From NCBI GenBank assembly GCA_977017575.1, contig CDRNVI010000032.1, forward strand, positions 248,001 to 312,000: a DNA stretch of 64,000 nucleotides, in the 5' to 3' direction. How positions within the stretch are numbered: position 1 is the first letter of the stretch; each line of letters begins with the position of its first letter. Positions 61,491 through 64,000 of this stretch are shown here, piece by piece. Both the position numbers and the translations under genes were made by a program. Source of the DNA: Paramoeba atlantica (taxonomy: Eukaryota; Protista; Discosea). Below the pieces are notes generated by a model. It saw only the letters and a program-made list of their open reading frames with translations, searched no databases and had not been told where the DNA came from.

Positions 61491-62216
61491 TATCGAGTAT
61501 TGGTGTTCGAAGAAGATGCAAGAACGTTTACGAGATGGAAAAGTCTTTTTCTCCCTATGCCGAGAATTGAAATTCTTCATTTAGACTTCCTAAATTACGC
61601 ACAGAGTACAGTATGCGGTTGTCCTAGTAAGGAGCCGGAATTCGTCTTCGAAGTCCGTTTGGGCTTCTGAGGATATTAAGTGTGGTAAAAATTATGACTT
61701 TGGGTTTATTGACGGAAGATGTTCAAGTTTGTCTCGTACGACGAAAATGTGTCAATTTAGTCCAAGGGAGGGGCGTCTATTCAGAAGGATACTTTGGGGG
61801 GTGGTTCTGAAAGATGTTGTCAGAGATCCGGTAGATAGAGAGCAGGTCAGAGAGATGGGGAAGAGGAGCCGGTTGCGGGGTCTGTTCTCCAAAAGATTAA
61901 AAGACTAAAAAATCTAAAGTACGATAAAAAGAAACTACGTACGAGCGCCAAGATCCGTCATAATACACAACCATTTCGTTTGTGGAGCGTCGCACACAGT
62001 GTGCGTGTGTTTTGCCCCACGACGCCGCTGTGGTCTATGTTGAGGAAATGGGAGGTGAAGCATTCATTCTATACCCGATACTACAAATAACATTAATGTC
62101 ATAGAAAGCATATTAAGGCTTTGTGCAAAAATGAAGGAAATGCACAAAGAACCTCAGATCGTTGCTGTCGTAGTGGGTATGCGAGGCTTCCCGAACTCAA
62201 TAGTTTTCACAAACGC

Positions 62217-62645
62217 TTAGAAGCGTTCGCCGCGGAGACGGCGGGCGAGCTGGACGTCCTTCGGCATGATGGTTACCCGGCGACCGTGGATAGCGCACAG
62301 ACAGGTGTCCGCGAACAAGTTGACCATGTGGGCCTCCGTTGCCTCCTGCATGGCGAGGACGGCGCTGGCTTGGAAACGCAGACCATCTTTGCCGCTGAGA
62401 GCAATCTCACGGACCAGACGCTGGAAGGGAAGCTTGCGGAGGAGAAGTTCAGTGCCCTTCTGGTACTTTTTGATGTCACGGAGGGCAACGGTCCCCGGGC
62501 GAAAGCGGTGGGGCTTCTTGGTGCCACTGGAGCCGCTGGACGCTTTCTTCGCCTTGGAAGAGCTTGTCTTCTTGCCCTTGGAGGCGAGACCGGCGCGTGG
62601 TACCTTCCCCGTAGACTTACGAGACGATTCCTTGGTGCGAGCCAT
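62217..62645 (-). CDS. H3: Histone H3 with divergent, extended N-terminal tail
   Basis: MARTK...[34 protein letters not shown]...LRFQ...QEA.EA...RVTIMPKD; ATG 62645. Confidence 0.96.
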   Translation of the reverse strand: MARTKESSRKSTGKVPRAGLASKGKKTSSSKAKKASSGSSGTKKPHRFRPGTVALRDIKKYQKGTELLLRKLPFQRLVREIALSGKDGLRFQASAVLAMQEATEAHMVNLFADTCLCAIHGRRVTIMPKDVQLARRLRGERF

Positions 62646-62970
62646 GAGTGAAAATGAGGATAGATAGTAAAAATGTCTGGTTTTCAATAGAACAGGTTTC
62701 TTCGGTTTGTCACAATAAATTTTGAAAAGAGGGGCGAGCAATATCAAGAATGTACCTCACATAAGATGGAGCCGGTGCATGCATACATTCTCATAAGGTC
62801 ATGAATACAGTGTAAATCGTACTTGTCCGTCACAGAATGAAACTCACTGCTAAGTATACCTTAATAGTGAACACGACGGCTTTGTACGTTTGAATAACAT
62901 TTTTTACAACAAAGTTCATGACGATCGGATGCTGCACCTCTGCATGCTACCTGGTCGAACCACACAGCAT

Positions 62971-63297
62971 TTAGTGGGAGGCCAACTTGGCGACAGCCTT
63001 CGTGCCCTCAGCCATTGCGTGCTTTGCGAGCTCCGCGGGAAGAGTCAGGCGCACTGCGGTTTGTACTTCGCGGGAAGTCAACGTTTTGGTCTTGTTGAAG
63101 CGCGTGAGGGAGGCTGCCTCGACGGCAAGGCGCTCAAAGATGTCTTGCACGAAAGAGTTCACAACTTTGATCCCTTTGCTACTGAATCCCACGTTTTTGT
63201 GGATCTGCTTCAGGGTGCGGTAGATGTAGGTGTTGAAGGTTTTCTTGGACTTGCGGTGACCAGAGCTCTTCTTTGCGACTTTAGCTGCTTTCGCCAT
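62971..63297 (-). CDS. H2B: Histone H2B
   Basis: YIYR.LKQ.H...G.S.K...V.NSFV.DIFER.A.EA...[28 protein letters not shown]. Confidence 0.96.
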   Translation of the reverse strand: MAKAAKVAKKSSGHRKSKKTFNTYIYRTLKQIHKNVGFSSKGIKVVNSFVQDIFERLAVEAASLTRFNKTKTLTSREVQTAVRLTLPAELAKHAMAEGTKAVAKLASH

Positions 63298-63624
63298 GTG
63301 TTATAAAGTAGAGTAGGAGAAAAAGAAGGATAAGGGTGAAGAATTGAGGTTACGTAATGAACGGTTTAAGTTTTAGATGTATTAAGAACCGTGGTAAGTA
63401 TCACCCACGCGATACTCCACCAGTATCCTAGTATGATATGCGTAATGTCGTTGATTGCATCCGCCGAAACTTCACAAAATGTAGCTCTACTGAGCCAAGG
63501 TACATGTCAATACATGCCTAGGATGGTGCATAAGAAAGGGAAGCACCATGCTAGAAGGATCTCACAAGGGTACCGATTGTGTGACGTGACGCGGGACAAC
63601 GTATTATAACGCACTCATTGCACC

Positions 63625-64000
63625 TTACACCTGTTGGCTGCTCGCCTTGCGGGATGCCTTCTTCTTCTTGAGCATGTCGTGAAGGTTGGGAAGTACGCCG
63701 CCCTGAGTGAAGGTGACGTTGCTTAGCAGCTGAGAAAGCTCCTCGTCGTGACGGACGGCGAGTGTGACGGCACGAGGGGTAATACGCTTCTTGTGGTGCT
63801 GGCCCGCAACCTTACCGGAGAGCTCGAGAAGCTCGGCAGTGAGGTACTCCAACACAGCGGCGAGGTACACCGGGGCGGCGGAGGCCACACGCTTGGTGTA
63901 GCGTCCACGGCGGAGCATGGAGCCGATGCGGCCCACGGGAAAGATCAGACCCGTCTTCGCGCCACGGCTCTTCTGGCTGCTCTTGGTGCTCTTCGCCTTC
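63625..64000 (-). CDS. H2A: Histone H2A (5' end beyond window)
   Basis: Open to the window edge: [35 protein letters not shown]...[19 protein letters not shown]...RITPR...LAVRHDEEL. Confidence 0.95.
   Translation of the reverse strand, partial: KAKSTKSSQKSRGAKTGLIFPVGRIGSMLRRGRYTKRVASAAPVYLAAVLEYLTAELLELSGKVAGQHHKKRITPRAVTLAVRHDEELSQLLSNVTFTQGGVLPNLHDMLKKKKASRKASSQQV

Noticed and set aside
61490-61900. Decayed minus-strand coding sequence beside the minisatellite
   Set aside because: Several stop-interrupted frames but no recognisable motif.
62121-63306. Plus-strand ORFs 62121-62651, 62266-62667 and 62890-63306
   Set aside because: Antisense shadows of GC3-rich histone genes.
1-64000. tRNA, rRNA, spliced-leader RNA genes and cis-spliced introns
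   Set aside because: No cloverleaf with T-loop, rRNA-like block or SL sequence was seen by eye, and conserved genes align without gaps needing introns. A covariance search could still find small RNAs.

Overview
Eukaryotic nuclear DNA from a kinetoplastid. Evidence: H2[10 protein letters not shown]2B ending EGTKAV, H3 [18 protein letters not shown], a PNT1-like C11 peptidase, a KREPB-like editing protein and PEX14. The compact, intron-free layout and dispersed LRR family most resemble a reduced Prokinetoplastina such as Perkinsela; that assignment is inference. About 33 host genes all lie on the minus strand without introns, i.e. one polycistronic unit. They include gamma-tubulin, NOG1, eIF3i, proteasome alpha5, GlnRS, MSH3, CRY-DASH, a MAPK, a TopBP1-like protein, AP4 sigma and an H3-H2B-H2A cluster at the right edge. 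Two features stand out. (1) Six 0.7-1.2 kb GC-rich islands are each C-rich on the left and G-rich on the right of the + strand. They ignore gene boundaries and override codon choice; 77 of the last 80 codons of proteasome alpha5 end in G, whereas its 5' part is almost all C-ending. (2) The window carries many cut-and-paste DNA transposons, a class reported absent from trypanosomatids. These include a three-level nest (pogo split by hAT, which holds a near-intact Tc1-like element), a Tc1 deletion derivative, a MITE, a second pogo and several relics. The mitochondrial bL20 gene has a one-base frameshift that the ORF track misses. No tRNA, rRNA or CRISPR array was found. All calls come from reading motifs by eye; no searches were run.
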